From Trichlorobacter lovleyi SZ (lineage in GTDB: Bacteria; Desulfobacterota; Desulfuromonadia; Geobacterales; Pseudopelobacteraceae), in contig NC_010814.1 of NCBI RefSeq assembly GCF_000020385.1, positions 2,400,001 through 2,432,000 of the forward strand: DNA of 32,000 bases, given 5' to 3'. The notes under the pieces are model-generated. The model had not been told where the DNA came from, did not search any database, and saw nothing but the letters and a program-made list of their open reading frames with translations. A program made the position numbers and the translations under genes. Within the stretch, counting starts at the first letter, position 1; the number at the start of each line of letters is the position of its first letter. Below are positions 6,255-14,070 of the stretch, one piece after another.

Positions 6255-6488
6255 ATGAACGACAAAATTATTTGCTACTGCTTGAATGTCAGTGAAAGTA
6301 CCATCGTACAAGCAATCAAAAACGGAGACAACTCACTGAAAGACATACAGAAATCAACTAAAGCCTGCACAGGCAACCGTTGCAAAGAGTTAAATCCTTC
6401 TGGCAAGTGTTGCTCAGAAGATATTATGAAAATTCTTCAAAGAGAGACGGGAGTTAAATCAGAATCTACCTGTTGCTGCTGCCATTAG
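6255..6488 (+). CDS. Cassette 11: BFD-like (2Fe-2S)-binding-domain-type small Cys-rich protein (77 aa) with a C-terminal CCCCH tail
   Basis: ATG 6255 is preceded by AGAGGA. The sequence is MNDKIICYCLNVSESTIVQAIKNG..LKDIQKSTKACTGNRCKELNPSGKCCSEDIMKIL, giving a CxC...Cx4C...CC pattern. The track's longer ORF (from 6123) would read through attC10. Confidence 0.5.
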   Translation: MNDKIICYCLNVSESTIVQAIKNGDNSLKDIQKSTKACTGNRCKELNPSGKCCSEDIMKILQRETGVKSESTCCCCH

Positions 6489-6509
6489 CTTGGGTCAGCG
6501 CGTCCCGGC

Positions 6510-6546
6510 CCCTAACGGCTCAATCAACTCGGACTGGCTTACTCTG
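6510..6546 (+). repeat. attC site 11, 5' part only (truncated by the IS21-family element)
   Basis: CCCTAACGGCTCAATCAACTCGGACTGGCTTACTCTG is followed directly by the IS terminus TGTGAATCGG. No L'/R' half is found after the IS. Confidence 0.8.
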
Positions 6547-6665
6547 TGTGAATCGGCATGCAATATTGACCCACTTTCGGGTGTAATCGGCGTCCAAAAT
6601 TGACCCACCTCAGCACCTCCTCCATTCTCTTTGGCATCATCCAGAGAGAGGAGCTTTGAAAGGAG

Positions 6666-8180
6666 ATGCTGCTAGTGGAATCCATCCGTAAAATCCGCCA
6701 GGCTTACCACCGGGACAAGAAACCAATCAGGCAGATAGCCCGTGAGTTTCATCTGTCTAAGAACACCGTCAAGAAAATCATCAGAAGTGACGTAACCGAT
6801 CAGGTTTATACCCGCACCGAACAGCCCAGGCCAAAGCTTGCTGCATTTGAAGAACGTCTCAAAGGACTGTTGTCTGAAGATGCCGTAAAGCCAGTCCGCC
6901 ATCGTCGTAGTGCCCAGTTATTGTTTGAGACGCTACAGCGGGAAGGATTTGAAGGTGGCTATGACAGCGTCCGTCGTTACATCCAGCAGCAGCGCAAAGA
7001 GACCGGCGGCGGCGTAGCCGCAGCCTTTATTCCGCTATCCTTTGATCCTGGTGAGGCATTTCAGTTTGACTGGAGCTATGAGCAGATTGAGTTGGGTGGG
7101 ATCATCGTAAAGGTCAAGATTGCTCAGTTTCGCCTCTGTAACAGTCGGATGCCATTTTGCGTGGCCTACACACGTGAGAGCCTGGAGATGGTTCTGGATG
7201 CTCATATCAAGGCATTCAGCTTCTTTGGTGGTGCCTGTCGGCGTGGTATCTACGACAACCTAAAAACCGTAGTAACCAAAGTCCTGATGGGCAAGGATCG
7301 TGTATTCAATCGTCGGTTTTTGAGTCTGGCCTCCCACTACCTGTTTGAACCGATAGCCTGCACTCCTGCTGCAGGCTGGGAGAAGGGGCAGGTAGAGAAT
7401 CAGGTAGGCCTTGTGCGCAAGCGTTTCTTCGCCAAACGGCGGACATTTACCAACCTTTCTGAGCTAAACCAGTGGCTGCAGGAACAATGTCTGGACTACG
7501 CAGCAACCCAGAAACATCCTGACAACCCACTCCTGACGATCAATGACCTGTTTAAGGAGGAACGCCGGCAGCTTCTCACGGTAACGGTTCCGTTTGACGG
7601 TTATCTGGAAAGCGATGCCAAGGTATCTTCTACCTCCCTGGTCTCATTTGACCGCAACCGTTACAGCGTCCATGTCTCTGCTGTTGGCAACCCGGTCACG
7701 GTACGGGCCTATGCTGATCGTCTGACCTTTGTCCAGAGCGGCAGAACCGTAGGATTCCACAAACGGCACTTTGGTCGTGATCAGGTCTTCTATGATCCCT
7801 GGCACTATCTGGAGGCACTGAAGAAGAAGCCGGGAGCACTCAGAAACGGTGCACCGTTTAAGGAATGGAATTTGCCGGAATCTATTGAGCAAATCCGTAG
7901 TGCCCTTGCCAAGCACCGTGATGGTGACCGGCAGTTTGTCGGGATACTGGCGGTTGTCTCCTACTATGGCATTGAAGCAGTAACACAGGCATGCACTGAT
8001 GCATTGGCAGCCAATACCATCAGTCGGGATGTCGTGCTTAATCTGTTGTCCCGAAACGATGAAGAACCGACACCAACGGCAGATCCTGCAGCAAAACTGC
8101 CGGTTTTGATCATACCGCCTGTAGCTGACTGCAGGCGGTATGACCTGCTGCTTGCCGGAGGTGCCTGTGCTACTGCGTGA
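6666..8180 (+). CDS. istA: IS21-family transposase IstA (504 aa)
   Basis: N-terminal HTH ([20 protein letters not shown]), a DDE-type core, and the typical length and position upstream of an overlapping istB. Confidence 0.9.
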   Translation: MLLVESIRKIRQAYHRDKKPIRQIAREFHLSKNTVKKIIRSDVTDQVYTRTEQPRPKLAAFEERLKGLLSEDAVKPVRHRRSAQLLFETLQREGFEGGYDSVRRYIQQQRKETGGGVAAAFIPLSFDPGEAFQFDWSYEQIELGGIIVKVKIAQFRLCNSRMPFCVAYTRESLEMVLDAHIKAFSFFGGACRRGIYDNLKTVVTKVLMGKDRVFNRRFLSLASHYLFEPIACTPAAGWEKGQVENQVGLVRKRFFAKRRTFTNLSELNQWLQEQCLDYAATQKHPDNPLLTINDLFKEERRQLLTVTVPFDGYLESDAKVSSTSLVSFDRNRYSVHVSAVGNPVTVRAYADRLTFVQSGRTVGFHKRHFGRDQVFYDPWHYLEALKKKPGALRNGAPFKEWNLPESIEQIRSALAKHRDGDRQFVGILAVVSYYGIEAVTQACTDALAANTISRDVVLNLLSRNDEEPTPTADPAAKLPVLIIPPVADCRRYDLLLAGGACATA

Positions 8181-8904
8181 GAAACTGCAAAAGGCCATGG
8201 AGACCCTTGGGCTGCATGGCATGAAGACTGCCTGTGACGAGCTGATCGCCACAGGCATCAAACAACGGGCCACACCGGAGAAGATCCTGTTTGAGCTGCT
8301 TAATGCAGAGCTGGCTGAACGGAGAATCAGAAGTATCCGCTACCGCCTGAGTCAGGCAAGGTTTCCAGTAGAGAAGGACCTGGATCACTTTGAGTTTACG
8401 GATACACCGATCAACGAGACACAGGTCAGAATGCTGTATGAGGGAGGCTTTCTTACTGAAAAGAGTAATATCATTCTGGTAGGTGGAACCGGTACCGGCA
8501 AGACCCATCTGGCCATTGCCATTGCACGGCAGGTGATCAGAAACGGTAAGCGTGGCCGATACTTCAACCTGCTGGATCTGGTCAACCAACTAGAACAGGA
8601 AAAGCTAAGCGGACGCGGAGGAAAGCTTGCAGAGGCACTCTGCAGGCTTGATCTGGTTGTGCTGGACGAACTGGGCTATCTGCCGTTCTCAAAGGCTGGA
8701 GGACAGCTGCTGTTTCACCTTATATCAAAGCTGTACGAGAGAACATCGCTTATCATTACCACTAACCTGACCTTTGGAGAATGGCCGCAGGTGTTCGGTG
8801 ATGGCAAAATGACCACGGCACTTCTGGACAGGGTTACCCATCACTGCGAAATCGTCGAAACAGGAAATGAAAGCTGGAGAATCAAAACCAGAAACTCAGA
8901 CTAA
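8140..8904 (+). CDS. istB: IS21-family helper ATPase IstB (about 245-254 aa)
   Basis: Walker [13 protein letters not shown], Walker [10 protein letters not shown], and a DnaA/DnaC-like AAA+ pattern. The start is ambiguous: ATG 8140, or GTG 8161/8167 after GGAGG. Confidence 0.9.
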   Translation: MTCCLPEVPVLLREKLQKAMETLGLHGMKTACDELIATGIKQRATPEKILFELLNAELAERRIRSIRYRLSQARFPVEKDLDHFEFTDTPINETQVRMLYEGGFLTEKSNIILVGGTGTGKTHLAIAIARQVIRNGKRGRYFNLLDLVNQLEQEKLSGRGGKLAEALCRLDLVVLDELGYLPFSKAGGQLLFHLISKLYERTSLIITTNLTFGEWPQVFGDGKMTTALLDRVTHHCEIVETGNESWRIKTRNSD

Positions 8905-8984
8905 AATCAACCGCTGAGGTGGGTCAATTTTGGACGCCGATGGTGGGTCAAATTTCAATGCCGATTGACACTTTTGACTTATCC

Positions 8985-9140
8985 ATGTTGCACGACCAAG
9001 GAGAAATTCGGCATCAAGGTAAAGATTATAACCCCAGAATAGCGTTCGACAATTTCTCAGGCAAACTAATCTGCTCCAGCGAAGAAAGTAACCTTCACGA
9101 ATACGCTTTTGGCAACACTAGCGAAGCTTATGGTGAATAA
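8985..9140 (+). CDS. Cassette 12 remnant ORF (51 aa from ATG 8985); its 5' context is replaced by the IS21 end
   Basis: The reading frame continues out of the IS (the track ORF starts at 8919, inside the IS). There is no Shine-Dalgarno sequence. It may be a 3' fragment of a longer cassette gene. Confidence 0.25.
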   Translation: MLHDQGEIRHQGKDYNPRIAFDNFSGKLICSSEESNLHEYAFGNTSEAYGE

Positions 9141-9147
9141 AGCGCGC

Positions 9148-9279
9148 ACCTAACGGCTCAATCAACTCGGACTGGCTTACTCTGCGCTGAATTTCACCAG
9201 TTTCTCAGTCGTCGGTTGGTCGGTTAGTCAGGCAGCACCGCTCCGGCATCGCCAGCCGGTTATCTCGTAAACGTTAGAA
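9148..9279 (+). repeat. attC site 12 (type A)
   Basis: R'' ACCTAAC at 9148-9154; R' GTTAGAA at 9273-9279. Confidence 0.9.
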
Positions 9280-9509
9280 GCCTTTTGTACCAGTGTCCTC
9301 CGTGGCGCCTAAAGTCAAAAACGCTTCGGTCAGCTAGGCCGCATTAAATCTGGGCTAGCGGGCTTTTTCGCAACAAGTTGAAATTCAGTGGTTGTTTGGT
9401 AAGCTGTTTCGGCAGGTTTGGCAAGATCAGGCTGGCCGGTTCTTCCGGCTTTTGTGGGCGGTTTCAGGCCACGCAAGGTAAACAGCAGCTTGGTCAAGTT
9501 CGTCCTCGC

Positions 9510-9640
9510 TCCTAACGGCTCAATCAACTCGGACTGGCTTACTGTGCGCTGAATTTCACCAATGTCCAGGTCGTCAGTTGGTCGGTTAGTCAAGCAGCAC
9601 CGCTCCGGCGTCGCAGCCGGTTATCTCGTAAACGTTAGAC
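9510..9640 (+). repeat. attC site 13 (type A with a 1-nt deletion in the L' arm)
   Basis: R'' TCCTAAC at 9510-9516; L' reads GCAGCCGGTT instead of GCCAGCCGGTT; R' GTTAGAC at 9634-9640. Confidence 0.85.
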
Positions 9641-9682
9641 CTTTTCCGGTAGCAACAAAAAACGAACCGAAAGGAACCACCT

Positions 9683-9889
9683 ATGAACAGCGAGTGCAGG
9701 ATCAAGGAGCCACTTACGCCGTCGGATGAACAAGGACTTAGGGAACGGATCGACGAGCTGAGAACGAAGAACGCGCACCTTGAAGCGGAGAACTCGGCTC
9801 TGATGGCGGAGGTAGCGTCCCTTCATGAGCAAATAAGTAAACTTAAGTCTGAGCCTGAGTTCAGTGAGGCGTTTAGTGAAGCGAGATAA
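9683..9889 (+). CDS. Cassette 14: small coiled-coil protein (68 aa); the native C-terminus is replaced by the IS256-family insertion
   Basis: The ATG is preceded by a weak AAAGGAA-type ribosome-binding site. The protein has heptad-like LRERIDELRTKNAHLEAENSALMAEVASLHEQISKL. The last codon and the stop (AGA TAA) are formed across the IS junction. Confidence 0.55.
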   Translation: MNSECRIKEPLTPSDEQGLRERIDELRTKNAHLEAENSALMAEVASLHEQISKLKSEPEFSEAFSEAR

Positions 9890-11261
9890 CGTAAAATAAA
9901 TTTCGCTTTTTTAAAAAGAGTCACAGCAGTGCCTGATTTTGGTTAGAATTTAAGTCGCCAAACACAAATTCGACCGAAAAGGAGAACACTGCTGTGGACG
10001 ATCATTCTACTAAAAAGGCACAAATAATCCAGCTCAATGAGAGCGCCGTACGGGACCACCTCGGGGAAATGGTCAGAAACACCGTTGAGGATACCCTCAA
10101 CAGCATGCTGGATTCTGAAGCTGATCGTTTGTGCAATGCCGAGAAGTACCAGCGTCATGATGCCAGAACCGACACCCGTGCCGGTCATTACCAGCGCAAG
10201 CTCATGACCAAAGCCGGAGAAGTGAATCTCAACATTCCGAAGCTTAGACGCCAGACCTTTGAAACGGCCATCATTGAACGTTATCGTCGTCGTGAAGCAT
10301 CTGTCGAAGAATCGCTGATCGAGATGTACCTGGCCGGTGTATCGGTACGCAGGATAGAAGACATCACCGAAACCCTGTGGGGCACCAAGGTAAGCCCCGG
10401 TACTATCAGTAACCTCAACAAAAAGGTCTACGCCAAGATTGAAGAATGGCGCAATCGCCCGATTATCGGCAACCATCCCTACGTCTACCTGGATGGTATT
10501 GTTCTGAAGCGTTCCTGGGGCGGAGAGGTATGCAACGTATCAGTACTGGTTGCCATCGGCGTCAACGAGTATGGCTACCGCAAGATTCTCGGAGTCTGTG
10601 AAGGAGCCAAGGAAGACAAGGCAGGCTGGTCAAGCTTCCTGCACCACCTGAAACAGCGCGGCCTGAGCGGTGTCCGACTCTTCATTACCGATGCCTGTAT
10701 GGGGCTGGTGGAGTCACTGGCTGAGTATTACCCTGAGAGCAAATGGCAACGCTGCATTGTTCATTTCTACCGGAACGTCTTCAGTGTGGTACCGCGCAAG
10801 AAGATGCCAGAGGTGGCTGCCATGCTCAAGGCGATTCATGCCTCAGAAGACAAACAGGCTGCCATAGAAAAAGCCGGTACGGTCTTCACCAAGCTGGAAG
10901 AGATGAAGCTCAGGGAGGCAGCAAAGAAGGTGCAGGACTCAATCAGTGAAACCCTGACCTACTTTGACTTTCCACGAGAACACCGAATCCGGATCAGAAC
11001 CAACAACGCACTTGAGCGGATCATGAAAGAAATCAGGAGACGAACCAGAGTAGTCGGTGCATTTCCTGATGGTCACTCAGCCTTAATGCTCTGTGCTGCC
11101 AGACTACGACATATTGCAGGCACCCAATGGGGCTCGAAACGCTATCTGAATATTGATCTTCTCAAAGAACAGGAACTCGAACTGCAACTGCAAATAAATG
11201 AGGCGGCTTAATAACCAAAAGGCACTGCAAAACAAAAAAGCGAAAAAATCTTTACACTACC
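9885..11261 (+). mobile_element. IS256-family insertion sequence (1377 bp) with 8-bp target-site duplication TGAAGCGA
   Basis: TGAAGCGA occurs at 9877-9884 and 11262-11269. Imperfect terminal IRs are GATAACGTAAAATAAATTTCGCTTTTTT versus the reverse complement GGTAGTGTAAAGATTTTTTCGCTTTTTT. There is a single mutator-type transposase gene. Confidence 0.85.
9994..11211 (+). CDS. IS256-family (mutator-type) transposase (405 aa)
   Basis: GTG start after GGAGA. The motifs RAGHYQRKLMTKAGEVNLNIPKLR, ERYRRREASVEESLIEMYLAGVSVRRIEDI, YLDGI and WQRCIVHFYRN are typical of this family. Confidence 0.9.
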   Translation: MDDHSTKKAQIIQLNESAVRDHLGEMVRNTVEDTLNSMLDSEADRLCNAEKYQRHDARTDTRAGHYQRKLMTKAGEVNLNIPKLRRQTFETAIIERYRRREASVEESLIEMYLAGVSVRRIEDITETLWGTKVSPGTISNLNKKVYAKIEEWRNRPIIGNHPYVYLDGIVLKRSWGGEVCNVSVLVAIGVNEYGYRKILGVCEGAKEDKAGWSSFLHHLKQRGLSGVRLFITDACMGLVESLAEYYPESKWQRCIVHFYRNVFSVVPRKKMPEVAAMLKAIHASEDKQAAIEKAGTVFTKLEEMKLREAAKKVQDSISETLTYFDFPREHRIRIRTNNALERIMKEIRRRTRVVGAFPDGHSALMLCAARLRHIAGTQWGSKRYLNIDLLKEQELELQLQINEAA

Positions 11262-11353
11262 TGAAGCGACGGGCGGGCATAAGTAGCATATCATCATCCT
11301 TTCTATGTAACAGGTGGCTGTTATTGGTCGCCTAAGTCAAGTTGGTAGCCTGG

Positions 11354-11485
11354 GTCTAACGGCTCAATAAACTCGGACTGGCTTACTCTGCGCTGAATTG
11401 CACCAGTATCTCAGTCGTCAGTAGGTCGGTTAGTCAGGCAGCATCACTCCGGTTACGCCAGCCGGTTATCTCGTTAACGTTAGGT
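11354..11485 (+). repeat. attC site 14 (type A variant)
   Basis: R'' GTCTAAC at 11354-11360; R' GTTAGGT at 11479-11485. Confidence 0.9.
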
Positions 11486-11571
11486 CCAAATACAAATATT
11501 CAACTTGGCCAACATCCCCGAAATAACGGTTGGTCAGTTTTGGTCAGTAATAAGTTGAGCTGGAGCAAAAA

Positions 11572-12063
11572 ATGAAAATGATAAAGCGACTAATGTTCCT
11601 CTCAATAGCCTGCCTAGCAGTGATGTTGTGTTCCTGCGCGCAGGAGCAATCATCGCAACCTTCAAGCGCATATCCCGTCGCGGTCAATTTCAGTAAAGTC
11701 GGAAAATATCCCGCGCTTACTAAATCAGGTGCTGGCTACGTTTATGATGATGTGCTGGAGTATCGCGTGTGGGTTCATCCCGGAGGTGACGACTACTATC
11801 GGGCCTTCTCAACGTACGAGGAGGCGAAAAGGTTTTCGGAACAAACAGAAAAAGCCGAAGAACCACTGGTTCTTGTTTTACAACGTGAACATATTAACGA
11901 ACAAGAGCCAGGAAAATTCGTCCACGTCAAAGGTGACAGGATTACTGAATGGAAAGTGGAATGGCTTTCTGGAAGCAAGCGAGGACCAGACACCATCGCA
12001 AATTTTATAAGAGAGAAGACGAAAATTCCTCAATCAGGAGGCGGCACGCAGTCGGCGCGCTGA
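11572..12063 (+). CDS. Cassette 15: hypothetical lipoprotein (163 aa)
   Basis: Signal peptide MKMIKRLMFLSIACLAVMLCSC with a lipobox-like LCSC. The mature part is hydrophilic and has no recognisable family. Confidence 0.7.
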   Translation: MKMIKRLMFLSIACLAVMLCSCAQEQSSQPSSAYPVAVNFSKVGKYPALTKSGAGYVYDDVLEYRVWVHPGGDDYYRAFSTYEEAKRFSEQTEKAEEPLVLVLQREHINEQEPGKFVHVKGDRITEWKVEWLSGSKRGPDTIANFIREKTKIPQSGGGTQSAR

Positions 12064-12141
12064 AACTGTGCCGCTGGTACACCACCGTCTCGTATCGTCA
12101 TTTTAGCTGTTTGCTGTCAACAATATCAACACGCTACAAAG

Positions 12142-12273
12142 ACCTAACGGCTCAATCAACTCGGACTGGCTTACTGTGCGCTGAATTTCACCAGTTTCTC
12201 AGTCGTCAGTTGGTCGGTTAGTCAGGCAGCACCGCTCCGGCATCGCCAGCCGGTTATCTCGTAAACGTTAGGT
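12142..12273 (+). repeat. attC site 15 (type A)
   Basis: R'' ACCTAAC at 12142-12148; R' GTTAGGT at 12267-12273. Confidence 0.9.
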
Positions 12274-12301
12274 TGCTAAAAATGTGAATGGATGTTGGCG
12301 G

Positions 12302-12634
12302 TTAATGTACAAATGCGGTGGATTGCTTTAGTTGCTCAATTACCCATGCATTCATGCTTTTCCCGGCAATACGGGCGGAAGAATATATCCTACGGTGGAG
12401 GTCAGGCGGGATACGAACCATGAACTTGCCAGTAAATGGTTTTTCCGGTTCATGGCCAAGTTGGGCGCAGAAATCAAGATAGTCTTCTACAGAATCATGA
12501 AAAGCCTGCTTTATTTCGGCTACTGTGGTTCCTTGAAATGTTATTACATCACGGGTGTTAACTACTTCACCGTGAAAGATTTCTGCTTCATCATCAAACT
12601 CGACTTTGCCAATATATCCTTTATATTCCATCAT
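12302..12634 (-). CDS. hicB: Cassette 16: HicB-family antitoxin, second copy (110 aa)
   Basis: It has 4 amino-acid differences from the copy at 3000-3332, but many nucleotide differences. Confidence 0.85.
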   Translation of the reverse strand: MMEYKGYIGKVEFDDEAEIFHGEVVNTRDVITFQGTTVAEIKQAFHDSVEDYLDFCAQLGHEPEKPFTGKFMVRIPPDLHRRIYSSARIAGKSMNAWVIEQLKQSTAFVH

Positions 12635-12885
12635 GGCTTTACACCTCCTGCCTCAAGAAATCTTCTTACCGAAACGACTGCACCTTTGTCCGTTTCCTTT
12701 TGCGGGTGTGGTCGGTGAAAGGTCGCCTTTACGTCATTCAACAAAAACCGTACTCGTGAGCCGTTGCCTTCAAATCTTTGCGCTCCGACGGCTATAAGCA
12801 AAGACTCAATGTCAGACCATGCAATATTTGAAAGGGCTGGCTCAATGAATATTGCATCCAACGTCTTGCGGTGTTTGTTATTCAC
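12631..12885 (-). CDS. hicA: Cassette 16: HicA-family toxin, second copy (84 aa, GTG start)
   Basis: It has 4 amino-acid differences from 3329-3583. The start codon is GTG here and ATG in copy 1. Confidence 0.85.
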   Translation of the reverse strand: MNNKHRKTLDAIFIEPALSNIAWSDIESLLIAVGAQRFEGNGSRVRFLLNDVKATFHRPHPQKETDKGAVVSVRRFLEAGGVKP

Positions 12886-12893
12886 AACGAAAT

Positions 12894-12918
12894 AGTATCA
12901 CCAGGTGACACTATTATA
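12894..12918 (-). promoter_or_regulatory. hicAB-2 promoter/operator: -10 TATAAT followed by the palindrome AGTATCACC-A-GGTGACACT
   Basis: The plus strand reads AGTATCACCAGGTGACACT at 12894-12912 and attata at 12913-12918. The position relative to hicA is the same as in copy 1. Confidence 0.4.
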
Positions 12919-12950
12919 CAAGATAAAATTTGGTCCACATGCGGCCTGCA

Positions 12951-13080
12951 ACCTAACGGCTCAATCAACTCGGACTGGCTAACTGTGTGCTGAATTTCAC
13001 CTGTTTCTCAGTCGTCAGTTATCCAGTAATACGAGCAACATCACCGGCGTCGCCAGCCAACTGTCATGTGCATGTCAGCA
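12951..13080 (+). repeat. attC site 16, terminal and degenerate in its 3' arm
   Basis: The R''/L'' half is normal (ACCTAACGGCTCAATCAACTCGGACTGGC). The 3' half reads GCCAGCCAACTGTCATGTGCATGTCAGCA, so L' pairing and the GTTAGRY core are lost. No further attC follows. Confidence 0.7.
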
Positions 13081-13203
13081 GCCTGCCCTGTATTAATAAG
13101 CATCTATACCTATCCCCGGACTTGTGCTAGACACTGGTGTTAACAACATCCTGACCAAGCTTCAGGGATTCATCACCCAACCAACAAAAGTACAGGTACG
13201 CAT

Positions 13204-14049
13204 ATGACGGCAAAAAAGTTGTTGGGAGAAATACTGGTTAATAAAGGCATCCTTTCACCGCTGACGGTTGAGCGTATGATTGCATTGGCTAATCGCGAAC
13301 AGAAACGTTTCGGCTGGTTTCTGGAGGATAAGGGCCTTATCACGGGACATGAACTGTCGGCGGCACTGGCAGAACAGTTTAATATGAAGCATTTGACCAG
13401 TATTGAACAGTACAGCTACCCCAAGGAGTTGCTCTCCCTGATTACGCCTGAGACGGCACTTGAATTCAATCTGTTTCCTCTGCGCCAGGAAGGCAGCAAT
13501 CTTTTGTTGGCAGTGACCGATCCCACCGACATGCGAATGGCGCATACTATTGCCAAAAACCAGGGGATGACGGTTGTTCCGGCAGTTGTTTCGCGTGAGG
13601 CGTTTTTTGCAGCCTTTTGCAAACATTACCTTGGCAGACAAATCCAGAAACCCAAGGGTGAAACCGTCCTGATTGCAGACGATGATAAGCTGACACGGGA
13701 GATGCTAAAGGAGATTCTGGTCAGCAACGGTTTTCGGGTGCTACTGGCTGCTGATGGCATGGAGGCCTACAAGGAGATCGTTGCCAGCCGCCCTCAAGTT
13801 GTGCTTACAGACAAAGAAATGCCGAATTTTGATGGTTTCCAGTTAATAAAGCTGGTCAAGGCAATTCATGATCTCAAGTCAATACCGATCATACTGATCA
13901 GTGACAAGACAACCGATGATGATGAGGCCAGGCTTTTTGAGCTGGGATTTTTCGATTTTATGAGCAAGCCGATCAAGGCGGTCACCCTGGTCTCAAGGGT
14001 CAAGCGGGCCATGAGTGTATCCGGCGCCTCAGTAGAATCCGCTGCCTAA
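13204..14049 (+). CDS. Hybrid regulator: N-terminal T2SS-E/GspE-N (MshEN-like) domain plus C-terminal response-regulator receiver domain (281 aa)
   Basis: The N-terminus LLGEILVNKGILSPLTVERMIALA...LFPL...LLLAVTDP resembles a GspE_N domain. The C-terminus VLIADDD...VVLTDKEMPNFDG...ILISDKT...MSKP carries all conserved receiver residues. Confidence 0.7.
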   Translation: MTAKKLLGEILVNKGILSPLTVERMIALANREQKRFGWFLEDKGLITGHELSAALAEQFNMKHLTSIEQYSYPKELLSLITPETALEFNLFPLRQEGSNLLLAVTDPTDMRMAHTIAKNQGMTVVPAVVSREAFFAAFCKHYLGRQIQKPKGETVLIADDDKLTREMLKEILVSNGFRVLLAADGMEAYKEIVASRPQVVLTDKEMPNFDGFQLIKLVKAIHDLKSIPIILISDKTTDDDEARLFELGFFDFMSKPIKAVTLVSRVKRAMSVSGASVESAA

Positions 14050-14070
14050 CGCCTCATCATAGCTGACATA

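Larger units (their letters stand above)
6547..8970 (+). mobile_element. IS21-family insertion sequence (2424 bp)
   Basis: The termini TGTGAATCGGCAT... and ...ATGCCGATTGACA are inverted repeats. The left end has two direct copies of AATCGGCnTnCAAnATTGACCCAC (6551-6574, 6585-6608). These are mirrored at the right end (8919-8941, 8944-8967). The element encodes istA and istB. Confidence 0.9.
1..13080 (+). mobile_element. Chromosomal (sedentary-type) integron: intI, attI and an array of 16 attC-bounded gene cassettes, interrupted by two IS elements
   Basis: An IntI-type recombinase gene is divergent from 16 copies of a 121-132 bp imperfect-palindromic element. Each copy begins with YYTAAC and ends with GTTAGRY, and each follows one short ORF. 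The attC sites are highly similar to one another. Confidence 0.9.

Noticed and set aside
6672-8589. Antisense ORFs within the IS21-family element (6672-6902, 7644-8273, 8170-8589, 8385-8585) and within IS256 (9943-10476)
   Set aside because: They overlap istA, istB or the transposase gene on the opposite strand. These are typical spurious frames.
9330-9593. 87-aa minus-strand ORF, and the similar 11949-12221 plus-strand ORF
   Set aside because: Both read across attC sites (attC13 and attC15), so most of their length is repeat sequence.
1417-13080. The regularly recurring repeats could be a CRISPR array or REP/MITE elements
   Set aside because: The repeats are 121-132 bp, far longer than CRISPR repeats. 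They are separated by 230-680 bp segments that each hold an ORF. They are internally palindromic with YYTAAC/GTTAGRY ends and lie next to an IntI gene, so they are attC sites.
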